From: Vermamoeba vermiformis
Taxonomy: Eukaryota
Length of the DNA stretch: 64,000 nt
Direction of reading: 5' to 3'
Assembly (NCBI GenBank): GCA_045837725.1
Contig: JBEWZL010000106.1
Span: 1-64,000 of the forward strand
The position numbers and the translations under genes are program-made. The stretch's first letter is position 1. The number at the start of each line of letters is the position of its first letter. The notes beneath the pieces were generated by a model that did no database searches, had not been told where the DNA came from, and was given only the letters and a program-made list of their open reading frames with translations. Shown here one piece after another: positions 50,273 to 64,000 of this stretch.

Positions 50273-53200
50273 ATGACAGAAGCGAAGCAAATCCCTAGTC
50301 TTGTGAAGGCTTGCCTGTCGACAATATCGAAAAATTTAGATTTTTTCGACAATAAAGATGAGAATAAAACGAATTATATTCGTAGAAGGAAATCTACAAC
50401 CGATCCAGAACAAGTTTCAGATGACATAAAGTATCTCATAGTGACGCATCTCAAAGGTATTAATTATATTTTTAATATTCACCATATGATAGACCTATAT
50501 GAAATTTATCACAATCGACCATATACTTCTCAATACAATAAAAATCAAAATTAATAGATTTTTTCTATTTTATTTAGTAAATTCAAATAATGAGATCTTT
50601 GCTTCATATTGTTATTATTGACACATTGGATGATTACAGATACCGGACAGATCACTGATGACGTAATCTCGTCGTTTTTGCCTGGATCGAAACAATTCGT
50701 GGTATTTCAAGAGTGCTTTCATTTCACCGATCGATCTCTATTTACGATCGCATCGCGAGTAGGCCCAAATTTGGTATCATTATTAATCCCCGAATGCGCA
50801 AAGATTACAGGTACAATAGGATCACAGTAATAATTTCGAGGTTGCTAAAATTTCCAAAAATAGACATTGGCATGTGCACTATCGCAAAGGCATGCCCAAA
50901 TTTGGCAAATTTAGACCTAAAAGGTATGTGAAAAATAAAATTCGTTCGTTTTACTGATTTTTCAGGCTGTGGCATGATCACTCATTTTACGGTCCAACAT
51001 TTGGCGCATTACTGCAATTCACTGAAAGAATTAGATCTGACTGATTGCATCGGCATTGATGACGTGGCATTTTGTCACTTGTCACGCATTCCTAACCTCA
51101 GCATATTGAACCTCTCTGAGTGCCAAAGAATTTCATTCAAATTTAACGACATCGAAGAATACAATACGTAAGTTTGTTACTTTCTTTTATTGCCTAATTT
51201 AGAAATATTTACATTTGCAGAGTATTTTCACCGAATGTTAACTTGAAGTCGCTTTGTTTGCGCGGTATTCAACGAGTCAGCGACGAGGCCGTTGAACGAA
51301 TTGTCAATCTGTTCCCTGACATCCGAATATTAGATTTAAGGTATATATAATTAATAGGACTATAGTAGTATTAACTCTACGGTAGCTTTTGTGGCGGACT
51401 TACGGACAGTGCGCTGGTCAGCATCGCAAACTCGCCTCTCGCAAAATTGATTTTTTCACTGAACGTCTGGGGCTCATCGGCCATTACTGACGAAGGTATT
51501 GCCGCACTAACGAAGTAAGTTCATATAGCACTAATGATGATTCTTTGGCTGTCCTGCGGATCCACCAATTTTTCTTAATTCCTAAAATGGAATTTTTTTT
51601 TCAGACCGCACACATCCAAACTCAATTTCAACGTGTTATTCGTCAATAATATATCATGGTAGTATTAATATGATATTAATATTTCATGTAGTGCCTGTCC
51701 TGAGCTCAAAACGTTGTCCATATGTGATTGTCCGAAAGTTACAGAGTCGTCTATCATTCAATTAATAGCGCAATCAAAAAAGTTGAAAACTTTTAATATG
51801 TGGGGGTGCTCGGGAATAAGTAAGGCACAAATAGGATGTGATTACACAATGTTAAATTTTTGAGTTTACCATTTTTTTGATGTTTATTAAACATGTTTAT
51901 ATTATAGGTGGTGTATCAATACAATTGCTACTGCGATATTTTAAAAATTTTGCGGGCCTCGGATTGTCTCACTGTGCACAGATCCAAGATTTTTCACTGA
52001 AGGGCCTCGAGATCAGCACCGAGCTTAGGGTACGTCGGAGACAATAGTAGTCATAATTAATAATAACACTATCATGGTAGTCTATTGAATTAGAAAACTG
52101 TATTGATATTACTAACGCTGGAATCGCCGCGCTGGGCGGAAGTCACTTGCACAGTTTGAACGTGAAGAATTGCAAAAAGTAAGCTCATTTGAGTCATATT
52201 AATCATATTATAATGTCCGACTATTGTATATAGTATTGTGCTTTATATTTGAGTTGATTAATTTATTTATCGTCTAGGTTGACATTTGAAGGCTTGACGA
52301 CGGTTTTGTCGCGCAGCTCAAATATTCGCGCATTGAATATTGGTTCGACGAATTTAAGCGCGGAGGATATTCCGAGCTTAGTATTATATTGCCCGTTCGT
52401 AACCCGCTTGACGCTTTCAGGTAGATCCCGCGTGAAAAAAATTAATTTTTTTTTCGTCGGATGTCTAACGCGATATCATTTCAGGCTTATTAAATTTGAC
52501 CGATGACGGGCTCATTCGAATCATCGATTCGCTGCATCAAAATCTTACGTTGCTAAAGATAGATTATTGTGCCAAGATCACGGACAAATCTTTGAACGCA
52601 ATTTGGACCAAATGCAAAAAATTGACCGAACTTTCAGCCATGTTTTTGGACGATGTCTCAGACCAGGGGTTCGAGGCACTGCAAATGAGCGGAGAAAATA
52701 GCGCCGTACAGCAGCACGAGTATGTGAAACCCTGACACGCGATCTTTGCAAAAATTTTCATTTGACACTTGCCGTTTATGGTAAATTTGATATTGTGCGC
52801 ACTAACGCAATCCAATAGATTTCTAGAACTGGAGACACTATATTTGGGCGCGTGTTTGAAGCTAACCGATGCAGTCTTATTCAAAATCGCCTATTATTGT
52901 CCGAAACTCAAATTGCTGTCGGTACCGTGCTTAAAGGTAATAAAAATCATCCGAAAATTGAAAAGTTTTCCAATATTTAATCGTTTATCATTAATTATTG
53001 CATATATACGATCATCGATTGCTTTAATTTGACTTTTTTCTGTCGTTTACGGACCTTTTTTTATAAACCGGAGTTTTAACCTGGTGGATCTGATAGGAAA
53101 TATCGGATATCAGCTTGTTAAGAATAGCAAAGGACTGTCCTAAGCTACAACACCTAAATATCGCCTATTGTTCGAAAATATCACCAGCAGGTGTAAAGTA

Positions 53201-53728
53201 TATCGTATCGAATTGCGTAAAGTTGAAACATTTGGATCTGGGTGGAGTTGAGGTAATTATTTTTTGTGATCTATTTATAGGAGAATTCATTTGAATATTA
53301 ACGCGTTAATTAATGGTGTACTATTTTAGAATATGACCGATTTATCATTGAATTACATCGGTACACACTGCTATTATTTGAAGGTACGTCTATATCATCA
53401 TAATAATATTACTATTATTTGTCATATCTAACGATTCCTATCGATATTGACCTTAAAATTCTATTTTTAATTCGAATTTTTTTTGGATCCGATCAGACCC
53501 TTGATATTTCGCTGGCGCTTTATTACTCGGAAGATGCGATCATAGATATGGTTCAGAAGTGCATATACTTGTGCATATTAAAGATACGGTACGTTGCGGC
53601 GCTTCCGGTGATTCGTTTTAATGAGTTTTCTTGCCAGGGCAAAAGAAGACCGGTATCGGCTTAGTGAAACGTTTTTTGCGAGATTAAAAGAGATAAGACC
53701 GTATCTCACTATCGAAAAGAATTACTAA
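50273..53728 (+). CDS. Cysteine-containing LRR protein (FBXL/AMN1-like), many exons
   Basis: Repeated LxxLxLxxCxxITD units (PECAKITD, YCAKITD, ACLKLTD). Confidence 0.85.
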
Positions 53729-54000
53729 TTAGTTCTGTTGAATTGTATATTAATCAGCTGCCAATAATAAAACAAATCGACAAATTAATTAATTCTTGTT
53801 CGGAGATCTCCTAGGTACAAACTTCTGCAACGCTTAGTGCCAGTCTCCTATACTTACCGCGTAGGCATGGTTCGTTACGTATGACTTTCTCGATGTGTGT
53901 CGCACGTGGGGTCTTAATTTTTCTATATTTGGAAATCAACAAAATTACTGCAATATTTTGAGAACGCAGGGTGTTTCATTGAAACTAAATTTTCAACACG

Positions 54001-56845
54001 ATGAAGAGACGAAAGGGATCGTCGACGAACGATCTAATAGACAAAGATGGCTATATTGACAAGGAAAATCGATCTGACGACTCTGACGAGGATTTACGAC
54101 CGGCGAAGAAACAAAAAACGGCCACAAATCATTTTGATAGCCTGCCAGCAGAATTATTAATACATATTTTCAATCTTGCGGATATGGAGCTCAGCGGGTA
54201 AGCAATTTAATAACTATTTTCAGGTCATCTAGAATTTTTTTCATTAATTAAAATATACCGAAAAGAATCAATAATAGTTGTTGTCAATTCAGTCCCTATA
54301 ATACATTTTAAATGTTGGATGCGATAAAATCGCGACAAAAACGACTGTCGTGATCCAGATGGCAAGTTTTACGCGCCAATTTTTATTATCATAGGAGAAG
54401 CCATTCATATAATTTATTCAAGATTGGTAAATATATCACAAACTTGATTTATATACAAGAAGGAAATATACTCTGCTCAGATGTGTTTCGAAAAAGATTT
54501 TCCGAGGCATTTAACCCCTTTGCCAGTCACATCGCTCCAAAAATCAAATTTGTCTATACGAATTCTAACATATGATAATTTACGAGCTTTTAATAGCATC
54601 CAATGAAACTAAATCTTTTTTGTGAACCCAGCGAATACATCCGCTCACATAGGATCCAGCTCGTTTTCCATAATTAGCAATTATTAATTTATGCGCGTAA
54701 TATCTCGCGTGTTACCCTCGGAGAAGAATTAAATACGATTGATTTAAATTCTCCAGTTAAATTAAAGCGTTTTGGCAGATCCAATAATTTTATCCTTTTC
54801 AGGCAAATTTTAAATCATTTGATCAGCAGTAAATCGTGTGTAATTTACTAATAATACAATAATATATTAGATTGGTCATATTAGAACGAGTATGTCAACG
54901 GTGGCGCCAAGAATGTTGGAAAGCAGTTGAAAATTTGACCGTCGTTTCAAAAAGATCCGCGAGTCTATTAACAAAATGCAAACGACTCAAATATTTGCAG
55001 CTTATTAACGTACCAGTAGACACATTAGAAGCAGTTACACAATTAACCCAGTTGATCCAACTATACGTCAAGCAAGGATTTAACAGCCGATTATTGCACA
55101 ATTTAATTCATTTAAAACACTTGCGCGCGCTCTCATTGGTCAAATGCGACGATTTAACGCCCTACAGACTCGCACGTGACATTTCTGCTTTCGTCCACGT
55201 GACTTCGCTAAATTTGGCTCACACGCCAGTAACCAACCACGTGATCGAGAGTATTGGATTATTAACCAGACTGCGCCAGTTAAGTTTCGGATTCAGATCC
55301 GGAATTTTAAATTTTTCACCGGGCACGGAATTAGCGGCCCTAAGTAACTTGACAAACTTAAAGTTACTGTACTGCCACTCCATAGAATTTCAGCAAAGCT
55401 TGGTCTACCTGACAGCACTCCGATCGATCGAAAATTTGTTATTAAAGGCCTGTTCTAGTCTCAATTTTGACGCGACAACGATTGGCCTCAATTGCACGCG
55501 ATTAACGCACATTCAATTCAAGTATTGTACGCAAGGTAAGCACTCTATATTATAGTATTATATACATATATACTACGAGATAAGTATACAGTGTATCGTT
55601 TGTTTATTGGCATTGCAAAGCAACGCGAAATTTTATTTTTATTTTTAAAATTCGAAACATAAACCGGATCTCCTTCACTTCTAGTTAAAATTGTATAAAT
55701 AACACAAGATATATATTAATGGCGTATTAGATAACTATGGTTATCGCTTATAATGACGGATCCGATAAGGAAACTTTTCTTTGTTTAGTTAAATTTGCCC
55801 GGGCTTAACGACGACTTAAAATCCATGAATTAAATCATATTTATTTTATAATTAATTAATGTATAGTTGGTGGCACTCTGCTATTAGCACGAGATTTTCT
55901 TTGCGTTTGCGAAAATTTTTTCTTGATATTGTTTGCCATTATTTTATTGTTTCATGAAAAGCAATCTATCGGAGGTGCTTCGATAACTTAAAACACAGCA
56001 CTATTTTTTATCCCCCCGAATGTCCGATGTCATGAATCAGATCCGATTTAACGCTTTTTTCCATTTTAGGAAGTGCAGCGCTGTCGATCACCACGCTGAG
56101 CTGTCTCAAAGCGATCGAATTGGAAATGTTTCACGGCAACATCGTCGAATTGACACCACTTGTCAATCTGAAGTCTTTGCGAGTATTGGGATCTGGATCA
56201 ACTGTCCGAGCATTGACAAATTTGGAAAAGTTGACAGCACTCCACGCACTGTTTTTAGACACGCCTGGATGCGATTTCCACGGAGTATCGCGTTTGACAG
56301 GTTTGACATATTTGACACTTCGACCTGTCATCTCAGCACCCAACTACTTGCGCGATTTAACCTTATTAGGCGAACTCAACTTTGTTGGTTCCAAAAATAG
56401 CAACCCAAATCACGCTATTCCAAATTTGGTCGATTATTTCACGCACCTCAAAAATCTCCGGTTAATCTCGCTATGGAACTTTCACCCCTTTCCTTTGCAA
56501 CCATTCGCGCGGCTGAGTTCACTGATCGGCTTAGCGCTCGGCGATATCGATCAATTGCCTAAAGAGGAAATAGCGGAAATACTCAAGAACTCGACTCAAA
56601 TTCGCGCCATAAAAATCACGCGGTGTAAAGGCCTGCCAGAAATGACGGCAACGACACGTGGTCTAGTTGACAGCTATTTGACTAATTTGGACAATTTGGA
56701 GGTGTACACTGGCGCTAATAATAACAATAACAATCCTACTGGACCGAATAACGTCGGTGGTGCCAATAACAACAATAACACGGATGTAGCGGAGAACGAA
56801 GCGAACGACAACGAAAACGAGATCAACAATCATCTAATAAACTGA
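54001..56845 (+). CDS. F-box/LRR protein with Asn-rich tail, multi-exon
   Basis: FDSLPAELLIHIF...LERVCQRW F-box split by an intron, followed by LRRs. Confidence 0.85.
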
Positions 56846-57261
56846 TGGCAGACAAAAGCAAAAAAAAACATCTTTGCAGCGAATCATTGTACTCAGATCT
56901 GACTCTAGCACATTCATTTTGGTCCCTTTCCCGAACGCTCATTCATCGCAAACACCTTGACCACAAAAAAGCTTTGCTAACTAAGCTAGCGCGCTGTCGT
57001 AAGTGTATTTGCATAGGTTCAGATACTCTTAGCAGTCATGTCAGTGCGGCTATTGAAATTCGCAAGATCCTCACAACAAGAAGGTTGACTACAGGTTCTC
57101 CCATAAAACTTCATAGGTCCTTGAATTGTTTTATGGCAGTTAAACTTTGTTTCTTTTTGTTGTTCGTAACAGCAACTGAGAAGGACTTCGAAAAATTTGA
57201 TTGTTTTATTTACAAAAAAGCGCTGTAATTACATTTAAATTAAATATTATTCGCATGAATC

Positions 57262-59727
57262 TTAGAACTTGGTCTTGAAATAGGCCTGGAACTGTTCGTA
57301 GATCCAGTCCACTCTGCGCGTCACTCTGGGACACGGAGCAGGGCACGGGACCCATTCACCTTGCGAACTCATTTGTGCCTGTGCCACACTCAAGTCATAT
57401 GCGATCTTGTTCAATTGCTGTTGTTGCTCGCACTGGTCACTCGGTGTGTTCGACAGTGTTTGCAACTCTTCGCACGTCACGTTGAATGACACGCTGTTGG
57501 CAGACGACAGCACTAATAACGGCAAAGTGCCCAAGACACCAGCATCTAAAAATAGACATGTTAGTATTTGGCATTACCAGATAAGGAAAAGTTATGTTTT
57601 GAAAGAAGTCTACGTGGTTCAGTGAACGAATGGTTCAGTGAAAAGTAAATTACGTACCTAATGATTCAAATCGATCAGTGCTCTCTGAATTCCAATTGTC
57701 CATGCGAGCCTTGTGGTCCCAATAAATGCTGTTCCAGTACTTGTTTTGAACAAAGTTCCATTTGGCAATGCCTCGGAACGGGATCGGGTACTCTTGTTCG
57801 ACAACATCGTTGAAAATCCATCTATATATTCCGCCGATTAGTATCATAAGATTAAGAAACCGGATCCGTAAAATTGCAGAAATTTAATTTTTGGATCAGG
57901 AATTTAGTTGTTACGTACCGTGAGAACCCAGTCACTTCAAAAGCACGAGCGACATCGTAAGTACGAATATTATCGTACTGGCGTTGATAGGCGTCATAAC
58001 CCAACACTTGGCCTTCCAATTCTTGTTCAGTTTTGAACGGATAGCTGTCAATGAGCACGAGGCCAGCGGTCAAAGTAGGCGAGATCATTGCGGCAGCTTT
58101 GGCGAGTTGTCCTCCCTCCTCGCGGCCTACAAAGATGTATGGGCCAGGGACTTGTCTTCGTTCAAGTAACTGGTACAACTCCGCGACAATTTGCCTGTTC
58201 GCAACAAATTAGTGCCAGATCCAACAAGTTACAAATTCGTATCGCTCAATATTACATTAATTTCATAAATCATACTGCCGTACGATGCACATATACGATA
58301 GTATATTAAATATGTTATTGTGTTTGATGGCAAAAAGTTTGACTAAAGTGTCAAGAGTGTCAAAAGTGTCAAATAAAATGTCGTTTGCAGGTCATTACGC
58401 GACTTACTCAGTGGTGCGCGGAACAATGCCCGACGTCGAGAATCCATAGCCAGCACGGTCATATACACACGTGTAATACGACTGTAAAAAAACATCTTGC
58501 AAAGGTAACATCGCCGCTGAACTGTTGCCGAATCCGGACTCCATGATGATCGTGGGGAAGGCTGAATTATATGTGCCCAAGCAGTTCATATTTAGAGTAG
58601 CATTAGAACTCGCGGGGTAACCTCCGACGTCAATTCGCGTGTTTGAATAGGCCCCACCAGCTGGTTGAAAATTCTCGAGACTTGTAGCGATGGCTTGATA
58701 CGACATAAAGACTAGCAAAATAAAGAATATCGTTGATATCAAGTAGTTGAAGAATGAGAATGCAGTCACGCAGCCATCAGGGTGGTTCGGTCTTAAAGTC
58801 GGATCCGCTTTTGCGCGGCGAAGTGGATCTGCTTCTGGCAACAGCGTGACTTTTTCTGGGCGAATCTGATTGGTCGGAATCAAATTCAGCGTCGTTACTA
58901 AATAAGGAAAGGTTAACACAAATTTTGGTAAGTAAATTAATAGGTGTTTATCGTAATAAAAGTTAATTCGCGGATGCAGTCAAAATTTACAATGTAATTG
59001 CAGTCACGCGACCACCATATTAATTAACAATAGTATAACATAAATAAAGTTGAATTAGATAAAATGAGATAGTTATTAAAAAAAATTATTTTTTCTGTTT
59101 GGGGGGTTTTTTTTTTGGAAAAAAAAATAAATAATATTACTTACGTGTTGCAGCGACGATTGCAGAGCCTAACACGGCCCATAAAGACGGCGATATTTCT
59201 CCGCGTCTATAAAATACGTTTGCTTGCAGCATATAGCACGTAAATATAATAAAAAATGCGCTGCAAATTAATCCGAAGAAAATATTCTTCGTGACCAAGA
59301 TCGGTACATTCTGACAGAAGATGTAGCCTTGCCAAAGCCAATAAGTCAATTGCAAACTGAAGAAAAATGTGGCCAAGCTAAGCCACACTGAATTCCATAA
59401 AGAACTCGGTGTATAATAGCCTTCTTTGTAAGCTAAGACGATGTAGACGATGAATCCGGCCAAAGATCCAATTGTCGATACCGCGGCGGGTATTAAAAAC
59501 ACCGTGCGATCATTGTTGATCCTCTTTTTAAATATCTAAACGTGAACGATTAGTATTTATAATAATTTAATTAAAATTTTCTGGAATATCGCAGGATCTT
59601 CTCTCCGTCGTCAGAAAAAATACTTCTGAATCAATAGAAATCGATAGATATATTCACTAAAATATTAAATAAACATATTCCGTCCATTCCTTGCGTCATA
59701 TGAATGTACCTTTTTGAAACTCGGCAT
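57262..59727 (-). CDS. Multi-pass membrane protein with alpha/beta-hydrolase-fold domain, multi-exon
   Basis: N-terminal TM helices, then PTIIMESGFG, CVYDRAGYGFS, GPYIFVGREEGG and AGLVLIDS. Confidence 0.8.
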
Positions 59728-60023
59728 CTTAAAACGTTCTTGAAAAGCTGGATGTGCCAAACTATCGCTGTGTTGCGATCATTCAATGTTAAATAAATAA
59801 ATATGTTGTGGTGACTCGTTGCGGTCTTCAAATTTAATAAAATCTAACAAGTCTCAAGTTACTTGCGGTGTTTCCCGCAAAACCCGCAGAAATTTGACCA
59901 TTTCCTTTTATGGAAATCCCGATCATGTTCCGCAACGAAAAAACGTTACAGTATCGCAAAATAATGGGTATTATGGTAAAATCAGCCGTTACAACCGGGA
60001 TCTTGTATTTATTTTACATGCAT

Positions 60024-61699
60024 CTAAAACCCATCCGTGCTCCAAAACACGTGTTTGCTCGACTGAACTTGCCTTTGGTTTTCATGCTTAATAAAGGTAT
60101 TTATGGCTTCTTTTTGGTGCTGATCGAGTTTCTCTTCATTAATTATTTTGAACATCGTACCTAAAATTTCAAAATTTCAATTCCTTGATCTACGAAAGAA
60201 AATAAATGCGATAATTTCGTCTATCCATAACAATAGTAATAGTTGCTATATTTACCTTCGTCTTCTTGAATTTCAACGCTGATCCCGTCAAAAAATTGTC
60301 CCAAAGGAGCAGGGTATAATAATTTGACAGTATTATCATCGCTCGCGAATCCTACGCATAAATTCATTAATTTTACTGGAAATTAAATGATTTATATCCT
60401 TACCGCTAATATCGACGCCCTTCTGTCGCTTCTTATTAATTTTTTCAACGACCGCTTGCGCGATCAGAGTTTCAAAGTAATATTTAGTCTCATTAATCTT
60501 ATAGTTCGATAATAAGAACTCTTTGACTTCCACAAAAGACGTCTTTTTCTTCGTAACTTTAAACCGGATCGATAAAAACCTAAAATAAATGTTTAGTCAA
60601 ATCCACCGCAACCATTGACAAAATTTATCTTCTATGACCACATTTAATGTTAGTAATATAGTATAATGATCATAATGCAACTTACGCTTCTAATTTGTTC
60701 TCGTTGTTAGTCCAGATCCAATTGTTCGTCGCTTCAGTTTTGACCCACGTGTTCCAATACTCGTCTGATCGTACTGCAAATCCATTAAATCTTTGCGAAT
60801 ATGCATTATATAATTCTTTTAATTGCGTCATGTGTTCTGCGCTCATTTGACTGATTTTCATTTTCGAGATCTTCTCGGTGGGTTTTAACTGTGGTAGTTT
60901 CAGTGGTACGTATTGCAAATAGTGGTATCGATATATTGACTCATATCCACTTTTTCTAAGAATAAAATAATACATTAGTACTGGATCTAACAAAATTTTT
61001 GCGATCCAAAAAAAGTTGCCGGATCTTATTTTCGAACGTAAGCAAGATTTTGTTATTATAGGTACCTATATAATGGCGCTTGAGCACCAGTATGCAGTGA
61101 AGACAAATTAAATCCATTTTCTTTCATATATTCGGCTGCTTTCTAAATAGAAAAAAAATATTTAATTTTCGATCCGCCCAAACTTTGCAATATGAAATGT
61201 GATCGCTATCATATGTACTTACTGATAATAGTGTAGTAGCTAGTCCCTTGCCTCTATATTCTTCTTTTGTTGATACTTCGCCGATACCGCCCATTTTAAA
61301 GACACATCCGTTGATCCATAATTCTCTATGAAAGACTCGGACTGTCGCGGCTAAAATAATTATCAAATATTAAAGTAGCTTCCTTAGAATGATATTATAC
61401 CATTACTAACCAATTTTGGTGACATCCATAGCTACAAAAATTCCTGCAAGATTTTTATGCGGATCATTTCTCCTGAAGTAAATTTTACATTAATAAATTA
61501 TTCCAAATAATACTCGGATAATTAATACAATTTTTGCGCGGGTGATTGTAGCGTTAAGTGAATTTCAGCCAGATCGATTTTCTTACCAATGGTTTACAAA
61601 GTACTGCCGCGGCGTAGTTGTAAATACTGTCGCGCAATGATCGAACCATAACTCGAGCTCATTTTCACGCAAGGTTCGAAACTCTAATTGTGTCGTCAT
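60024..61699 (-). CDS. GNAT acetyltransferase (Eis-like), multi-exon
   Basis: MGGIGEVSTKEEYRGKGLATTLL acetyl-CoA motif, LYRKSGY, RSDEYW, and C-terminal WSTDGF*. Confidence 0.85.
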
Positions 61700-61957
61700 T
61701 CTGCCTGGCTAAAAAATAATCAAATTGTCAATCTCAACAAGTAAGCACCCTGAATTAATGACGCAATGTCCATTGTATATTAAAGAAGAAACCACTGCAT
61801 CTTTGTAGAAGTAGCCTCGATTGGATATCGCAGTACCTTTGGCCTTTCTGGATGTTAACCCTTCCGCTTTTTTTTTCAGAACGTTGCCACTCAATGAATT
61901 TGTGTCCGTGTTATTTCTATTGATATTAACGTATCTATGGTGAATAATACATATTTA

Positions 61958-63464
61958 TTAGACTAGAGGTTTAAACAGTTCAACGCGAGGCGTTCTGTTT
62001 CTCCTGTATCTGTTGTACAACAAGATACCAACAACTCCGAGCGATAAAAATAATATCATGCTCATATAATTAAAGTTGGCATTGGGCTTCTTCTCATGCA
62101 AGCTCGTAGAATTCTGATCCCGATCGAGATTCGGATTTCTGTTCTTGCAGTCAAGAGACCACGCCTGCTTAGGAGCTGATAATAATAGTGATCCATTAGT
62201 GCCTTTTGATGATTTTTGAATCAGATCCGGTCTTAAAATGTATCTGCAATCTTTTCGAGCATAAGGAAAAGTCTGCGGGACACCTCTTGGCCTATCTCTT
62301 CCTTCAATGACGTATAGCGGAATTTTGCAATGTTCCGCTTGAAACAAATTAATTGGCCAATCAGGACGCAGGCCAAAAGTAATTTCGTCTTGGCGCCAAG
62401 GTTTGATACATCCGCCAGCGCCAACCGTTGATGAAACTGTATCGACGTATAAATTGCCGGGCACGGACATAGAAGAGGCTACTTCTTCTTCTATATACCA
62501 TCCTCCTTTATAATACCACGCTGCGACTGGTGCCTCATCCGTTGGAACAAAAACGCAAGTTGCATTTTCGTTCGGTGGTTGAGAATAGCAATTCGGCGCT
62601 ACGATAAGTATTGTATGAGTATAGTTTACTAATATTATTTAATATATATATGCTTACTGTTCTTCCAGCAATCGAATTCTTCCGTGCTTGGCTTGAACAA
62701 AATAATTTCAGGTCCAATCGCCTTATTTACTGGACCAAATCTATAATAAATAAGTATTTTGTCTGGCTATTATATATATTTGTTTCGTACCTTATTCCTT
62801 CAATCATGGCTCGTTGTTCTGGCTTTGTAGAGGTTGGATCGCGCGTACAAGTTAGAGCCAACCGAAATTGGGTTCTAAAACAGAATTAAATATTTAAATA
62901 ATATTACCGAAAATTGTGTTATACTTACGGAGAGTTAGCGTCCAAAATAAATCGTCTAGTGTACAGTTTTTTGTGGGCGTACGCGCCAAGGTGCTATTGA
63001 AATCGTTAGAAAAATCTCAATTAATATAAAATATTATTGATATTATTGTTTACCTCATAAGGAGTATTTAGAATGCCGTTTTGATCGATCATCATCCAAT
63101 CCGGGTCCTTGACGTCATCCGGAACCAAATCTACAATGCAGAGAGATTTCTCGTCGTCCCACACAATTGAATATTCGAAAAAATAGTCTTCATTTGGATA
63201 TTGCTTTCGTATGTGCGAGCCGCCAGTTTGCTGATCTGAAAATACAAGGCTGACCGTTTTCTTTTCTTTTACTCCACAATTATCGGGCAACACGGCATTA
63301 ACTTCCACGATAAATGGCGAGGAAATAAAAAATATGCCTGATTTTGGACAGGACTTCTCGACTGTACTTTTTAAATAATAAAATGGATCGCAATGATCTT
63401 GTTTCGCTGAGGCGCCGGTAATGGCTAATACTATTATAAATAAACTAATATAATACAGTTGCAT
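61958..63464 (-). CDS. Type I membrane protein of unknown function, multi-exon
   Basis: ORF 63021-63464 has a signal peptide and a GT donor. Small exons at about 62925-62988, 62790-62875 and 62657-62720 lead to an ORF ending in a TM helix plus a basic tail at 61958. Confidence 0.6.
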
Positions 63465-63629
63465 GTTTGTTTAATGCATTTACTTCAAAAAGATTTACTG
63501 TTGCAACAAACGAATTAATTTAATTTTCTTGACACGTGTCAGACAGTATTATTCCGTGAAGATTTACTCAGTACAGAAGAACAATTGGGTATTGTTATTA
63601 TTAATTATGTTATTTTACGCTTTATAGGT

Positions 63630-64000
63630 TTATTTTTGTTGGCAGGAGCACTTGACAAGCTTTTTGGAGTGGATGTAGTCTAGACAAACCGGATCTGCAT
63701 CCTCGCATATGTCATTATCAATCGGACATCCATTCTCCACTGCATATATCAGGCACTCAATCTTGCCTTCTCTAGCTGCTTTGAACGCTGTGTTCGAGTC
63801 CCACGGCACACCGTTCTCATGCGCGTACTTCAGGCCACTGAGGAACCCAGTCATTGCCGCTGTCGAGCAAACTATTGGTCCTGCAGGGCAGTGCTTGTCG
63901 ACTACATACTTCAAACACGCGAAATCTCCGCTAGACGCTGCGCCTTGTGACGTGTTAGAGTCCCAATCACACCCGTTCTCACGGGCGTATACCAAGCACT
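63630..64000 (-). CDS. Ankyrin-repeat protein ('LKYAHENGCxWD' type), truncated at window edge
   Basis: Tandem units YARENGCDWD, LKYAHENGVPWD and LIYAVENGCPID. Confidence 0.85.
   Translation of the reverse strand, partial: CLVYARENGCDWDSNTSQGAASSGDFACLKYVVDKHCPAGPIVCSTAAMTGFLSGLKYAHENGVPWDSNTAFKAAREGKIECLIYAVENGCPIDNDICEDADPVCLDYIHSKKLVKCSCQQK

Noticed and set aside
1-64000. CRISPR arrays, transposases, reverse transcriptases or prokaryotic operons
   Set aside because: None seen. The window is intron-rich eukaryotic DNA.

Overview
AT-rich, gene-dense eukaryotic nuclear DNA with many short GT-AG introns and CTAAY-type branch sites. The gene mix (tyrosine-kinase-type receptor, ependymin-related protein, Zn2Cys6 factor, F-box/LRR genes, 'GCxWD' ankyrin repeats) suggests an amoebozoan-like protist, which is inference only. 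I can support about 23 protein-coding genes, with exon joins read by eye so that some ends are approximate. There is also an intron-containing tRNA-Ser(UGA) and a 5S rRNA gene nested in an intron of a HOOK-family gene. The top finding is at 16544-16647: an apparent circularly permuted tRNA gene, with the anticodon arm, T arm and 3' acceptor strand upstream of the 5' acceptor strand and D arm. It has a CAA anticodon on a short-variable-loop, Gly-like body. It sits in a base-paired leader/trailer scaffold, and an apparent tRNA-less homologue of that scaffold with a compensatory base change lies at about 26096-26296. Other notable items are a PH + FixL-like heme-PAS + STE20 kinase, a RasGAP fused to a CxxC peroxiredoxin-like domain, an AT-hook/Zn-finger/KCTD-BTB protein, a duplicated tRNA 3' end flanking a GC-rich insert, and frequent RGATCY motifs in introns.
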